Shown: positions 50,641 to 63,834 of the stretch, piece by piece
Layout: every line of letters starts with the position of its first letter
Position numbering within the stretch: the first letter of the stretch is position 1
Assembly (NCBI RefSeq): GCF_006345805.1
Contig: NC_043007.1
Location: 4,898,001 to 4,962,000 of the forward strand
Length of the DNA stretch: 64,000 nucleotides
Direction: 5' to 3'
Origin: Octopus sinensis
Taxonomy: Eukaryota
Translations under genes and position numbers: made by a program
Notes under the pieces: generated by a model
Told to the model about the DNA's origin: nothing
What the model saw: the letters and a program-made list of their open reading frames with translations, nothing else
Database searches by the model: none

Positions 50641-52504
50641 GGATTTCAAACTGATGATGCGAATTCCAAGTGTGGTCGTACCATATAGATAGGCACACAC
50701 AAACACAACACACTCTCACTAACATACAGATATATGTATGTATACATACACACATAAACACACATATGTATATATACGCATGTACCCCACAATCATATGC
50801 ACATACACAATTATTCATGTTTAATTGTTTAGTTACATTTGGAAAATATGTAAGAGGGAGAGAATCATAAGTTGAAAGTATTGATATGTAGTAGATACAC
50901 ACACACACACATACATTCATACATAAATACATACACACACACAACACATACATACATACACACACACATACATACATACACACACACACATAATACATAC
51001 TTACACACATTCATACATACATACATAACAAAATATATTTGGACGGTACCACATGAGTGAAAATATAAAGGGAAGAGGTTTTGAAGATGCAGATGTCTTT
51101 TAAAAATGTTTATTGACTTGAATGGTTTCACTTTTTTTAAATAAAGATTTTCAAAAGTAAAGTGATGGTTTTGTGTAGCCTCTGCAGTGTTAAAAATTAG
51201 TTAACAAAGATGTATTAAAATACAGTGTCAGAATCTTTGACAAGGATAAGAAAATGTTAAGAGAGGTTTTGTGTTTAAACAGTTTACATAAAAGTGTTCA
51301 AATTAGGCAAGTAAAATAAGTTCATAATTGTTTATAAGTTAATCAGAAATCATATTTGTTTATAAGCAAATATACAGAAAGAATTTGTAGACAGAATTTG
51401 ATAGCAGAAAGTGTGTATTGCTTAGTCAAAAGTTCATCAAAAATTATAATTTTTTATAAGAATTTTAGGGGAATGACCAACCTTTTTCCTTCGTCTACTG
51501 CCTTGTATGTGTGTTTCACAATGATCGTTGCTATTTTTATAAATAGAGTGGGATCTTGGTTGGGAGGGACCAGTCACATGATCTAACTTCGAATAGTTTG
51601 GGGAAACAAAAGGATTCTTTTTCTGGGTTAGTCTGTCATGGTTCTGTGGTTTTTGAGACTGGAGTTCAAGATGGTGTGAGTGTGTGAATGTGTTTGTGTA
51701 TATATATATATATATATATACTGCCGATTGTAACAGTGTTTACAATTCAATGTATATGGATGGAACACATATATCTTCAGTGTTGCAAAAATATGCATTA
51801 ATTTTAGCAGCCTTACTGAAGAAGCATGGATGGCAAATTAATTTATTTGCAGATTGATGCAGAAACTCTAGTAAAAGGGTAACTATTGAAATGTTTTTAT
51901 TTTTCATTCCCATTGAAATTACTCTTATTCATGGTTTGGGCTTTAACTGCCCTTTCTAGCATGTAAGGTGTCCTGTTAAAGGTCACCTCTTATGTGTATA
52001 AAAACATACACTAATTTTAATATATATATATATATAATAGGTACTGTAAATTTAGAGTGAATGCTTGATTAAGTGTAAGCACCTGTATATATCAGATCAT
52101 GACAGGTGAGAGGGAATATATCAAATATAGATTAAAAACAGAACACAAAGGATATTCCTATAGAAATTTATACCTTGATACCAATTACTTCATTTATTGT
52201 TAATTTGCTACTTCCTACCACTCTCTTTTATTGCTTATATTTATTTCTTTTATTTCTTTCCTTTTACTCATTCCAACTTGTAGTTACTTAATAGCAGACC
52301 TAATGGATTTGTCATAAACAGATCCCCCCACCCACCCACTGCTTTAAAAAAAAACAACTTTTAAATATATGGAACTCAATCTATGGAGAATAGTATATTA
52401 AATATAACTGTTATGTACTCAAAAACAAGATATACACTTATAAGATGTAATGTATGTGTGTATATACATGGATGGAAGTGCGTGAATGTATGCGGATATT
52501 ATAC

Positions 52505-52531
52505 ATGGAGATATATATATATATATATATG

Positions 52532-52562
<31 letters not shown>

Positions 52563-52665
52563 GTGGTATATATATATATATATATATACATATGTGTGTG
52601 TATATATATATTATATATATATATACATATATGTGTGTTATATATATATATATATATATACATAT

Positions 52666-52697
<32 letters not shown>

Positions 52698-52772
52698 GTA
52701 TATATATATATAATATATATATATATATTATATATATATATATATAATATATATATACATATATATACATAT

Positions 52773-52804
<32 letters not shown>

Positions 52805-52840
52805 GTATATATATATATATTATATATACATATATATACA

Positions 52841-52886
<46 letters not shown>

Positions 52887-52914
52887 TACATATATGTGTA
52901 TATATATATATATA
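52505..52914. repeat. (TA)n/(TG)n microsatellite block
   Basis: Direct reading. Confidence 0.9.
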
Positions 52915-53400
52915 TCATCATCATTTAGTGTCCGCTTTCCATGCTAGCATGGGTTGGACGGTTCAACTGGGGTCTGGGAAGCCAGAAGGCTGTGCCAGGC
53001 CCAGTCTGATCTTGCAGTGTTTCTATGACTGGATGCCCTTCCTAACGCCAACCACTCCGTGAGTGTAGTGGGTGCTTTTTACGTGCCACCCGCAAAGGTG
53101 CCAGACGGGGCTGGCAAACGGCCATGGACAGATGGTGCTTTTTACGTGCCACCGGCACAGAGGCCAGTCGGGGCGGTGCTGGCAACGGCCACGGTCGGGT
53201 GGTACTTTTTACGTGCCACCGGCTCAGGGGCCAGGCAAGGCTGGCAACGGCCATGATTGGATGGTGCTTTTTATGTGCCACCGGCACAGAGGCCAGTCAG
53301 GGCGGCGCTGGCAACGACCACAATTGGATGGTTCGCTTACGTGTCACCAGCACTGGTATCACAGCTGCAATTTCCATTGATGTTGATCGACTTCGATTTT
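52915..53400 (-). mobile_element. Family D retroposon with expanded internal tandem modules
   Basis: About four ACGTGCCACCGGC modules; RTE-type tail at 52915-52960. Confidence 0.78.
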
Positions 53401-53419
53401 GGTTCTGATTTCTGATATC

Positions 53420-53530
53420 GCTGGGGTACATGGTGGCCATGGAATTGGCACCAGAAATGATGAGGGAACCAGGCTGCTGGAGTTCTGTGATGCATGTAAC
53501 CTTTTAATCTGCAACATTAACTTCAGAAAA
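53420..53530 (+). mobile_element. RTE endonuclease fragment
   Basis: GVHGGHGIGTRNDEGTRLLEFCDACNLLICNINFRK matches 43290-43400. Confidence 0.75.
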
Positions 53531-54593
53531 ATTAAAAGAAAAGTTTTTTTAAAAGAATATTTGTATAGTGTTCAAATACAAGTGGCATTTTCCTTGTTTC
53601 TGCCTGTCTCTGTCTCATTTGTATAATACCAACAGTGAGACTGAATCCAAATGCACTTGGCTGGCAAGTAAGCTTCTTACCCACACAAACACATTAGTTC
53701 TGTATAACTTAATGCCTAACCACTTTGGTTGAGCATCCAAAAGAACTTTGACTGCAGGATTCCAAACAACCAGAATTGTGAAATGTATGAACTAAAAATA
53801 TAAACTTGGTTTATCTTAATTCCTCATATACATATATATGATATAAAGAAAGCAAAATTCACATACAATTCATATTGATTTCACCAGATTTTATTCAGAA
53901 ATTATGAAGAAAAAATATGAAACTTTAGTTATCAGTGAAATATATATAAAAAAAAACAAAAACAAAAAAAAATGATATATTGTAATATATTTACATTGTA
54001 TGTTGATGTTGTAAAATATAACAAATTCTCTCAGTGAGATGTAATATATAGGAAATGAGATGAGGTAAGCACCAGTACAAATCTATCAAAGTTCTTTTTT
54101 GTTTTGTCTTTTATTATTCTAAACCATCTTTGAAGGAGTAATATACAACCACTACGTTCGTTAATTGCCAGGTATCTCTAGATGCTTGTATACATGTATA
54201 CACACACTCATACACACACATATATATATATACATACATATATATACATGTACACATGCGCACACACACACAAAATTCCTCAAAGGAGTTTCTTATATGT
54301 CTCCAGTCCTGTGATTATTCCACCCCATTTCCTCTTCAACAATTTTCAGAGTCCGTACGGCATATCATGCTTCACTGCCTTTCACTTTCGGACTGAGCCC
54401 ACGGAAATGTTTGAAATAGCAAAGCAAAATTATCACAACCAGGAAATAAAGCTCCAACAGCCTCTTAGAAAAATAAAGTAAATGGCAGAAAAGATAAGCT
54501 AAAATCATTGATAAATTTGTGGATCAGCTGAAGCAAAATTCCAGAGAAGCAGCTGCAGCAGTAAATAAAGGGACATCCCTGAAAAACAAGCTA

Positions 54594-54985
54594 CATCATC
54601 ATCATCATTGTTTAACGTCCGCTTTCCATGCTAGCATGGGTTGGATGATTTTGACTGAGTGCTGGCGAACCAGATGGCTGCACCAGGCTCCAGTCTTGAT
54701 CTGGCAGAGTTTCTACAGCTGGATGCCCTTCCTAATGCCAACCACTCCAAGTGTGTAGTGGGTGCTTTTTACATGCCACCGGCATGGGGGCCAGTCAGCC
54801 AGTACTGGCAATGACCTCGCTCGAATTTTTTTACACGTGCCACTGGCACAGGTGCCAGTGATGCGACGTTGGTAACGATCACACTTGAATGGTGCCCTTT
54901 TACGTGCCATGGGTATGGAAGCCAGTTGGCTGCACTGGCAACAATCATGCTCGGATGGTGCTCTTGGCACCCTACTAGCACATGC
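54594..54985 (-). mobile_element. Family D retroposon
   Basis: Same tail and modules as the other family D copies. Confidence 0.75.
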
Positions 54986-55014
54986 ACAACAGTAATAATT
55001 CTTTGTTTTTCCTA

Positions 55015-55816
55015 TAGGCACAAGTCCTGAAATTTGGGAGTGGAGTGGGGATCTAGTCGATTACATCGAACCTAGTACCCTAATTGTACTTATTTTATCA
55101 ACTCTGAAAGGATGAAAGGTAAAGTTGACCTCATTGAAATTTGAAGGCCACAGCAATAAAAATAAGCATTTCTAAAATGGGCACTAGAAATGCTTATTGT
55201 TACTGCTGTGGCCTTCAAACATAGGCATTTTATCTGACCCTAACACTCCTGCCAGCTCACCCTTGTTAATAATAAAATTGTCTCAAATTTTGACACAAGG
55301 CCAATAGTTTTAAATTGCCTTAGCTCCAGTATTTAACAAGTATATTTTTTTATCAACCCCAAGAGAGTGAAAGGAAAAGTCTATTGCAATGGTATTTGAA
55401 CTCACGACTTAAAAAGGTCTGGAAGAAATACCAAAGGTATTTTTACAATACTCTAACGATACTTCAAATATGCTGTCTAAAATAATGGTTTCAAATTTTG
55501 GCACAAGGCCAGCAGTTTCAAGGGGAGAGGGTTAGTCAATTCTGTTGATTGGTACTTTATTGATTAAAAAGTAGAATTTGATAATGAATCAGAAGAAATA
55601 GCATAAAGTTTGTCACAAGGCCTGAAAATTCAGGGGAGGGTGTTAAGTTGATTACATTGACCCCAGTACACGACTGGTACTTAATTTATCAACCCTGCAA
55701 TGATGAAAGGCAAAGTCAACCTCACCGGAATTTGAACTCAGAATGCAGTGACGGGTAAAACACTACTGTGCATTTGCATCCAGCACGCTTATGATTCTGC
55801 AAGCTCACCACCTTAA

Positions 55817-55882
<66 letters not shown>

Positions 55883-56880
55883 CAACAACAATAATAATAA
55901 AATTGCTTTAAATCTAGACAGTGAGCCAAGAATTTTGAGAGGAGAGACTTACTCATCTAAACTCACCTCAATACTTGGCTAATTCTTTATTTTATTGGCC
56001 CCGAACAGAGGAAAGGCAAAGCTGACCTTTGTAGGATTTGAATGTAAAGAGTCAGAACAAGTAGCCCCAAGGCATTATAAAAACTATTTTCTAACTTTGG
56101 CACATGGTCTCAAATTTGAGGAGTAGGGGTCAGTCAACAAAATTAAGGCTAATACATGACTGATATTTTATTTTATTACTGACCCCACAGGATATAAAGC
56201 AACATTGATTTTGCATGATTTGAAAGCCACAAATTCCAAAATGTCAGTTGAGGGATTTGGACAATTATACAAGCCTTAGTTCATAACTCATTCTATTTTT
56301 ATTGACTGGGGTAAGAAAGATAAAAAGCAGTTAACAAATAATAATAATAACTGTTTCTAAATTGGGCACTAGGTCAGCCGCCAAGGTCGACTTTGCCTTT
56401 CATCCTTTCGTGGTCGATAAATAAAGTACCAGTTTTGCACTGGGGTCAATGTAATCGACTTAATCCCTTTGTCTGTCCTTGTTTGTCCCCTTGTGGGTAG
56501 TAAAGAAATATTTTGGGGTAAAGGGAGCTAGTTGATCATGTCAATCTCAGTCCATAACTGGTATTTTAGTTTATGAAGCCCAGGGCTATGAAAAGTAAAG
56601 CAGGATTTACCCTCAGAAAGTAAAGAACCACCACTGATACCAAAATGTGTGCTTTACAAAACTTTAACAATTTTTCCAGCTCACTTCATAATGATTTCAA
56701 ATTTTGGCACAAGGCCAGCAATTTCAGGGGAGTAGGTAAGCTAATTACATCAACCCCAGGGCTCAACTGGCCCTTATTTTATCAACCCAGAAACAATGAA
56801 AAGCAAAGTTGGCCTTGCTGAAATTTGAACTCAGAACATAAATACTGCAAAGCATTTTGCCAGCTTCCTACCTTCAGCTC
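55015..56880. repeat. Cluster of degenerate SINE-B pieces, mostly minus strand, one plus-strand unit at ~56380-56510
   Basis: Repeated GCACAAGGCCAGCA...TGGTACTT...ATCAACCC..AAAGGATGAAAGGCAAAGT blocks. Confidence 0.7.
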
Positions 56881-57114
56881 CCTTAATAACTTAATAATAG
56901 CAACAATTATAAGAATATTTTTTCTTTAGATAATATTTTAAAAAATAAACCCAAAAAAAACAACAATTTCCTCAAAATTTGAACTTTCTGTCTAATCACA
57001 GATTCAGTCCCCAAAAACAAGCTGAAAAGGAGAGCAACAGCCATTCTGCTCCTTCCTCGCCACCAGTTCAGCACCTTTGTAATGCTATCTCATACTCTTT
57101 CTGGGCCACCTTCT

Positions 57115-57201
57115 CTAAACAACTTTTTTAGCTTTAGAGATGAGATCAAAAACAGCACCAAGAGCCCAGCTGACCTCCACTCTGTTTATCTTTTTGGTTA
57201 A
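57115..57201 (-). CDS. ENTPD5: ENTPD5/6-like (GDA1/CD39 family), terminal coding exon
   Basis: Acceptor TCTTTGCAG; LTKKINRVEVSWALGAVFDLISKAKKVV* contains the apyrase conserved region 5 (SWALG). Confidence 0.92.
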   Translation of the reverse strand, partial: LTKKINRVEVSWALGAVFDLISKAKKVV

Positions 57202-57685
57202 CTGCAAAGATAAAAAAAACAGAAATTTTACATATACACAAGCATGTCAACACACAAAGTGCATTCCAGAAGTCTTGAAACATTTTCCAGGAGAGACATT
57301 TATGAATTTCCAAGAAGTACTAAACTTTAATCTCCTTCAAAATAACCCTTACCTGCTTTCCAAGTACAGAATCTCATATTTCACAAGTCTTGAAAGGCAC
57401 AAAGCAAGTGAAATTTGATGATAGGGAGGAGGAGGAGCTACAGTTCTGTGACACAGAAGACAGCTGGGAATTCCTGCCGGACAGCTTGCTGGGTGCCACA
57501 GACCAAATCTATGGCTGGTGTGTGTTAAATATTATTTTCACATTTTATAATTGTGGAACAGCTACATTTTTATATAGAGAGACCATAAAAAAATAGTGTG
57601 GGGAGAAAGACCATCTCTGCTGAGGTTAGAGAGAACAAATTAAATTTTTTAAAAATATAAATACAAACTCGTACAACATACTTAC

Positions 57686-57792
57686 TTCAATAATTTTATT
57701 AGCTTCCAAGGTATAGCCATCTTTCAATACAGAGTATATATAACACAAATCCAAGCATAAAAATGGCTTTTCAGAATTTTTCTGATTGCAGG
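57686..57792 (-). CDS. ENTPD5: ENTPD5/6-like, penultimate exon
   Basis: TTTTTAG acceptor, GTAAGT donor; (A)CNQKNSEKPFLCLDLCYIYSVLKDGYTLEANKIIE matches the family PFxCxDLxYI motif; phases 1 to 0 fit the neighbours. Confidence 0.92.
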
Positions 57793-58309
57793 CTAAAAAG
57801 GAAGAGACAGAAAAGAATATTTTCTTTATTTGATCAAAGAAGAAGTGGGAAAATGGAATGTTGTGATGTCTATGATATTTATACTGGCCCCAGGAACATA
57901 ATTAAAGTAAATGAAGGAGGTTAAAGAGAAAGGAAAATGAGATATTGTTATATTTATGCTTGCTTCATTAACCATAAGTAATCTAAATAAAGGGATATAA
58001 AATTGCTTCAGAAATAAATTTTAAAATCTGTGAATTGGAACATGTTCCTGTGGCAACTTTTTCTCTACATTTTAACCTTCTCTTTTAACTGGATGAAGAT
58101 GTGTCTCTAAACTTTGCTGACAGGGTTACCAAATATTTTATGACACTGTACGCAACTAATTCTTTTTTTTTTTTATATATCTTAACCCTTTTAATACTAA
58201 CCCACCTGGGACCACCCGTGATTCTATCATAAAAACTTTCTGTTTTAAAGCAATCTAAATTAAGACAGTCAAATAAATTTCCATGTAAATTTAGGATTTC
58301 CAAACTAAC

Positions 58310-58364
58310 CCTGGACAGCTGCTTGCTGGAAACTATTAACAGCTACTTTTCCACCTTCTGGACC
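58310..58364 (-). CDS. ENTPD5: ENTPD5/6-like small exon, apparent +1 frameshift
   Basis: TTTTTCAG acceptor, GTTAGT donor, 55 nt where a multiple of 3 is needed. Removing one A gives GPEGGKVAVNSFQQAAVQA, matching the family xxxGGxxxVxxFxxxAxxxC segment. Confidence 0.8.
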
Positions 58365-58879
58365 TGAAAAATATGATTATTAATGACACTAATTAATAAC
58401 AATGGTAAAGATTGCTCTCAGATATAAAATTATTCATCAATCAAATTTACTCTTTCAATAAACAACATCTTCAGCGGGAGTTCTTACCTGCTCATTTAAA
58501 ATGATAGAAACCAAAGTCAACTAGCCCTTAAATAACATCTTCCAGTGTTAAGATATAAAGGTATTTCACTATCCAGGCAACAGTCTGCCTTCAAAATATT
58601 ACTGATTTCATGTGTGTGATTTTAAGGAGATTTAACTGCTACATCTAGCAGGTCAAGTACTTGCATACAATGGACCCAGTAGGCATGAATAACCCATAAC
58701 TGGGTACTTACCCTCAATAACAAATGAGTACTAACGTTGTGAACCCTTGAATGTTTAATTCATAGATGCAGGTATGGCTGGTAGAGTTAGAGAATAAATT
58801 TCAAGTGTGGAAGCAAGGCTTCGAATCAAAGGGTTCTAGCAAAGACCAAAGTCCTAGTAAGTAGGAAATCAGACAATTT

Positions 58880-59230
58880 ACTAATCCCTTCAAAGAAATG
58901 TCCCAGCTCAATATGCAGAAAAGGTGTGATTATAAATTTCATATAGGGTATCCAGTGCAAATTGTGGATAGATAAGAGATGCAAAAATCACAGGTAGGTT
59001 AACAGAGAAAGTAAGCTTTGTGTGTGGAAGATGTACAGGAAAAATAAACACTAAGAACACACAGGAAAAGGATTTCCTCAAATGCTTAGAGGGTCCTTAG
59101 AGTAGTAGATAGTTTTTGTTACCTAAAAGGCCAAATTAGCAGTGGAGGAAGATGCTCTGAAAGCTTAGTTATAAGACTAAGAACCGGCAAGGCAAAGTTA
59201 CCTCTGTTGGTAACTGTTATGGTGAGAATG
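58880..59230 (+). mobile_element. RTE-type LINE C-terminal fragment
   Basis: Degraded ...ITGRLTEKVSFVCGRCTG...VVDSFCYL...ISSGG.CSES. Confidence 0.6.
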
Positions 59231-59559
59231 GACTCATAAGTAGCCGAACTCATATAAGTAGCAGTGTCTTTGATTGGAGATAAAATGGGAAAATTGCAGG
59301 AAATCGAAAGGTGTCATTTGAGAGTTTGTGGAGGCACGGGAAATTGTTAAGAATCCGTTATAGCTCATTGAGAGTGAGTTTGGGAATTGTAACATATGTT
59401 GGCAGAGTACTTGGGAATAGAACAAGAGGAGACAGTTTGTGTGTCTACCCCGTTTTGTAGTATTGTAAATCCCATTGTGATAGTGTAGGATATGAAAGTG
59501 ATATCTAGCAATAACAAGTGAAATGTGGGGATGAGGACATCCACTAGGATAATCACAAT

Positions 59560-60950
59560 ATAAAAGTGGTGACGAGTTGATTTGCAGTTTATATTGGTTA
59601 TTAGCAATCTTTTATAATACAAAAAATTCGTTAATTATGGAAGACATTTAGCTGGTATATTACATCCATACCTGGATGATATATTAAAAGTGAATCTTGT
59701 GATAAGCATGCCGAGCACAGAAAAATATGTTTCTGAAAAAGAAGGGATTATGGTTTCACACCAAGTGAGGAAAAATGTGAATTTTCCTTACCTAAAACTA
59801 AGTATTTAGGACAAATTATCAACAGGAATGGATGATGACCGGACCCACCAAGGGCAGACGCAATCAAGGGTATGCCTCATCAAACTAATATAACAACCTT
59901 ACAAGCTTATCTAGGTCTAAAGAATTATCAAAATTACATACCAGATATGCATGAATTGAAAACTCTACAATATAATTTTCTGAAAAAATATGTGAAGTGG
60001 AATTGGTCAAGTAATTGCCAAAAGGTGTTCAGCAAAAAATATTAATATCAGATTTGTTGCTGGGTCATTTTGATCCTGCAGCGGAGATTGTTGTAGCTTC
60101 TGACGCTTCTGGATACTGCATAGGAGCAGTAATGCTACATAAGTATAAACAAGGAAATATGAAAGCAGTGGTTCATGCCTCATGTTCTCTGATAGTGGCA
60201 CAGAAAAACTATAGTCAAACAGAGAAAGAAGCTCTAGCGATCATTTTTGCTATGAAGAATTTACACAGATTTTTGCACAGGAGAAGTTTTCAGCTACAAA
60301 TTGATCATGGACCATTATTATTATCAATTTTCGGTTTGATAAAAAGAATTCCTAAACAAGACAGTAAATAGTTTACAATGCTGGGGTACAATATTGTTGA
60401 ACTACAACTGTAAGTTGGAGTATACACCATCCAAGAGGTTAGGCCATGTGGATTGTTTATCAAGGCTAATTCCAAAAAATACAGAACTATTCAAAGATAC
60501 TGTAATTGCCACTTTGCAAGTGGGAAATAAAATAAAAAAAAAAAATTTTGTATAACGTCATTCGGGAGCCACCAGTAACTGTTCAAGATATGAAATTAAA
60601 ATCAGAGAATGACAAACTCATTGCAAAGATGAAAGAAACATTGAAGAAAAAATAAAATAAAAATATACATAAATATAATAAAAATATACATAAACACAAA
60701 CATGAAGCATTTTTCAATGTGTGATAATGTGTTGATGTATACACACACACAGAGTTGTAGTGTCATCCACACTACAAAAGCATATATCAAGTGAATTTCA
60801 TATGGGACACCCAGGAATTTCAATAATAAAATCAGTAATGAGGAGTTACATGTGTTGGCCTACTATGGACTGTGATACTGAACTGTTGTGGCAAGAGTCA
60901 TTGACACCCCTGGGGGATTGCAAGAATGGACTAGCCGAACTTTTATAAAG
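59560..60950 (+). mobile_element. Gypsy/Ty3 (Mag-like) relic 1: RT-RNaseH-integrase N-terminus
   Basis: YLDDIL, VVASDASGYCIGAVMLH, KNYSQTEKEALAIIFA, HMGHPGISIIKSVMRSYMCWP; PBS-like TGGTGACGAG at 59567. Confidence 0.85.
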
Positions 60951-61064
60951 AGTAGTGGTCGGTAGTTGTCAGGGAGAGAGTGTTTTGGTAGTCTCATGAT
61001 GTCGTGTGAACGCATTGGTCAAACTCCACTACATAATTTATCTCTGCCCACCTGTGGCTAGATA

Positions 61065-62725
61065 TAAAAGTGGCGACAAGATATTCAAAGTTTGCGTAGG
61101 ACATTTAATTTGTTTTTATTTGATACGAAACCAAAGAAGAAAAATAATTAACATGGAAAATTTGTTGGGTCACTTGGTACAGTTGCAACAGCAGTTACAA
61201 CAACAACAACTGCAACAACAACAATATCAACAGTAAATGGAAGTAATTTTGAAATTTGAAAATACTTCAGCTTCATTCTTGTCAGACAGTGTAGCAAATT
61301 TAATTGGAGAATTTATTTATAATCCAGAAGAAGGTACTACTTTTTCTTCAGATTTTCAAAGATACGAAGAAATCTTCAAAGATGAATGTAAAAATTGGAA
61401 TGATAAGAAGAAAGTGCAACTACTTTTAAGAAAGTTATCCCCTGCCAAAAACGAAAAATACTGGAAATATATTCTGCCAAAGAAATCAGATGAGATTTGT
61501 TTTGATGAAACAATTAATTTATTATTGAGGTTTTTCAGTGAAAGAAGTCCCCTGTTCAATACTCATTGACAATATTTAAATTTAGTTAAAAAGGATGATG
61601 GAGATTTTGTCCCCTATGCTGGGGTTATTAACAGAGAGCATGAAAAATTCAAATTATATGAATTAACCCCAGACTTGTTCAGATGTCTAATTTTTGTTCA
61701 AAGGTTAACAGCAAGAAATGATGCCGATATACATTCCAGTATATTAATGAAATTAGAATAAGACCAAAAATTAACTCTACAGGCAATGGCTGAAGAATGT
61801 CAGAAGATGAAAAATTTAAAGCACGACGTGGATAAAACTGAAGAAAAAGATTGCTCTCAGATACGTGTGTGTTGACCTAAAATGGATAAGAAAAAAGAAA
61901 AACGAAAGTCAAGCCCAAATCCATGCTATGGTTGCAGAGGTTTACATTTTAAAAGTAATTGTCCTTTTAGAAATTGTAAATGTTTTGATTGTGGAAAAAT
62001 TGGACATAAAAGCTTAACATTGTATAGGGAAGCAAAAAAAGGGTCAAACAAAAAAAATTCTAGAAAGAAGGTATTGCTAAAAAAAATTCTAAGTGAGGCT
62101 CAGAAAAGAAAATTTGCGTCCATAAAAATGATTAACGTGAATATCAAGTTACAATTGGATACAGGCAGCGATATCAGATATTTAATACAGATACATGGAG
62201 AAAAATAGGAAAAATTAGATTAAAGGAAACTTCGAAAATTGTGAGAGGTGTTTCGGGAAAGAAATTGCATTTTATGGGTGAAGTGGTAAGTGATGTTACA
62301 TTTCGTGGTAAAAACTTTGAGAGTCAAAGTTTTTGTGTTGAAAAATACAACAAATTTATTTCAAACAGACTGGATGGAACTATTTAACTTATGGGACTTA
62401 CCCATAAATATTTTTTGTAAAAATGTGAATGGTTCTTCTGCTGGTACAAATAAGGTGTTGGAGGATTTAAAAAAGAAAAAAATTTTTCCTGAAGTTTTTT
62501 CTGAGGAATTAGGTCTTTGCACCAAAAGAGAGGTGAAGTTTCAAGTGAAAGAAAACGCTATACCAGTATTTAAAGCAAAAAGAATGGTACCCTTCACAGC
62601 ATTGGAACAAGTCAATGAAGAATTGGATAAACTTGAAAAGTTTGGCATTATTGAAAAAATTGATTATTCAAAATGGATATCGCATACAGTTTATGTTAAG
62701 AAAAATACGTAAATAAAATCTGAGT
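61065..62725 (+). mobile_element. Gypsy/Ty3 (Mag-like) relic 2: gag-protease-RT start
   Basis: PBS-like TGGCGACAAG at 61071; gag YNPEEGTTF...FQRYEEIF; zinc knuckles CYGCRGLH..SNC and CFDCGKIGH; protease LDTGSD; RT N-terminus. Confidence 0.85.
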
Positions 62726-63338
62726 ATGTTAGGTAGGGCATTAAGCCACAGAGACCATGCCAGTTGAGGGGTCATGTATTGTGACTTATGACCTCACTGC
62801 TGCTGGCACCACACAAAAAGCACCCAGTATACTCTGTGGAATGGTTCATGTTAAGCAGATAATAGAGCTTGGTACATTCTTCCAATTTGTCAGCTCCTGT
62901 CAAATTGTCCAACCCATTCCATAATGGAAGGAGGATGTTAAATGAGGACAATGATGATGGCTGTGTAGTTGACATGTTTGCTTCCTGACCACATGGTTTC
63001 AGGGTTCAATCCCACTACATGGTAACCAGGGTAAGTATCTTCTACTATATCACCAGGCTGGCCAAAACCTTTTGAGTGAATTTGTCAGACAGAAACTGAA
63101 AAAAACCTCATCATGTGTGTGTGTGTGCATGTCTCTTTCTTTTGACGTCATGTAATGGTTGTAAACAAGTGTTGTTTGTTTTTAATCTTCCATTGGAAAA
63201 TTGCCCACCCACGGAGAAATATTACCTTGTTTGGAAATAGGTGAGGGTTGGTGACAGAAAGAGCATCCAGATGTAGAAAATCTACCTTAATGAATTCTAT
63301 CCAACTCATGCAAGAATGCTAAAGGGGGTATTTTTTTT

Positions 63339-63567
63339 TCTTTACTGCCCACAAGGGGCTAAACATAGAGGGGACAAACAAGGACAGATAAAGGGATTAA
63401 GTCGATTACATCGACCCCAGTGCGAAACTGGTACTTTATTTATCGACCCCAAAAGGATGAAAGGCAAAGTCGACCTCGGCGGGATTTGAACTCAGAACAT
63501 AATGACAGACGAAATACCGCTAAGCATTTCACCCGGCGTGCTAATGTTTCTGCCAGCTTGCCACCTT
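63339..63567 (-). mobile_element. SINE family B, full-length
   Basis: Reverse complement of the array founder unit. Confidence 0.82.
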
Positions 63568-63674
63568 AAAGGGGGGTATTAAAACAAAAAAGGTGATGAT
63601 GAAGTGAGTGAACTTCATTACAGAATTAAGTCAGTTCAAACATTTTGTGTCTGCAGAAAGAATAAAATTCTTAC

Positions 63675-63823
63675 CAATGAGGTTCATGTCAACAGCTCGA
63701 TCGTAGAAGTAAGAGAATGCCCTAATGTCGTGGTTGGTCAGTTCTAGAACAGGTTTCATATTTTCCTTGACATACTTACTTGTAGCAGCATAGCAGTTGT
63801 CAAAATTACTGTTACCAGCAGAA
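63675..63823 (-). CDS. ENTPD5: ENTPD5/6-like internal exon (alternative 5' boundary 63855)
   Basis: SAGNSNFDNCYAATSKYVKENMKPVLELTNHDIRAFSYFYDRAVDMNLI(G) matches the family AFSYYYDRA motif; donor G|GTAAGA; acceptor CCATTTCAG. Confidence 0.88.
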
Positions 63824-63834
63824 CTGAAATGGTA

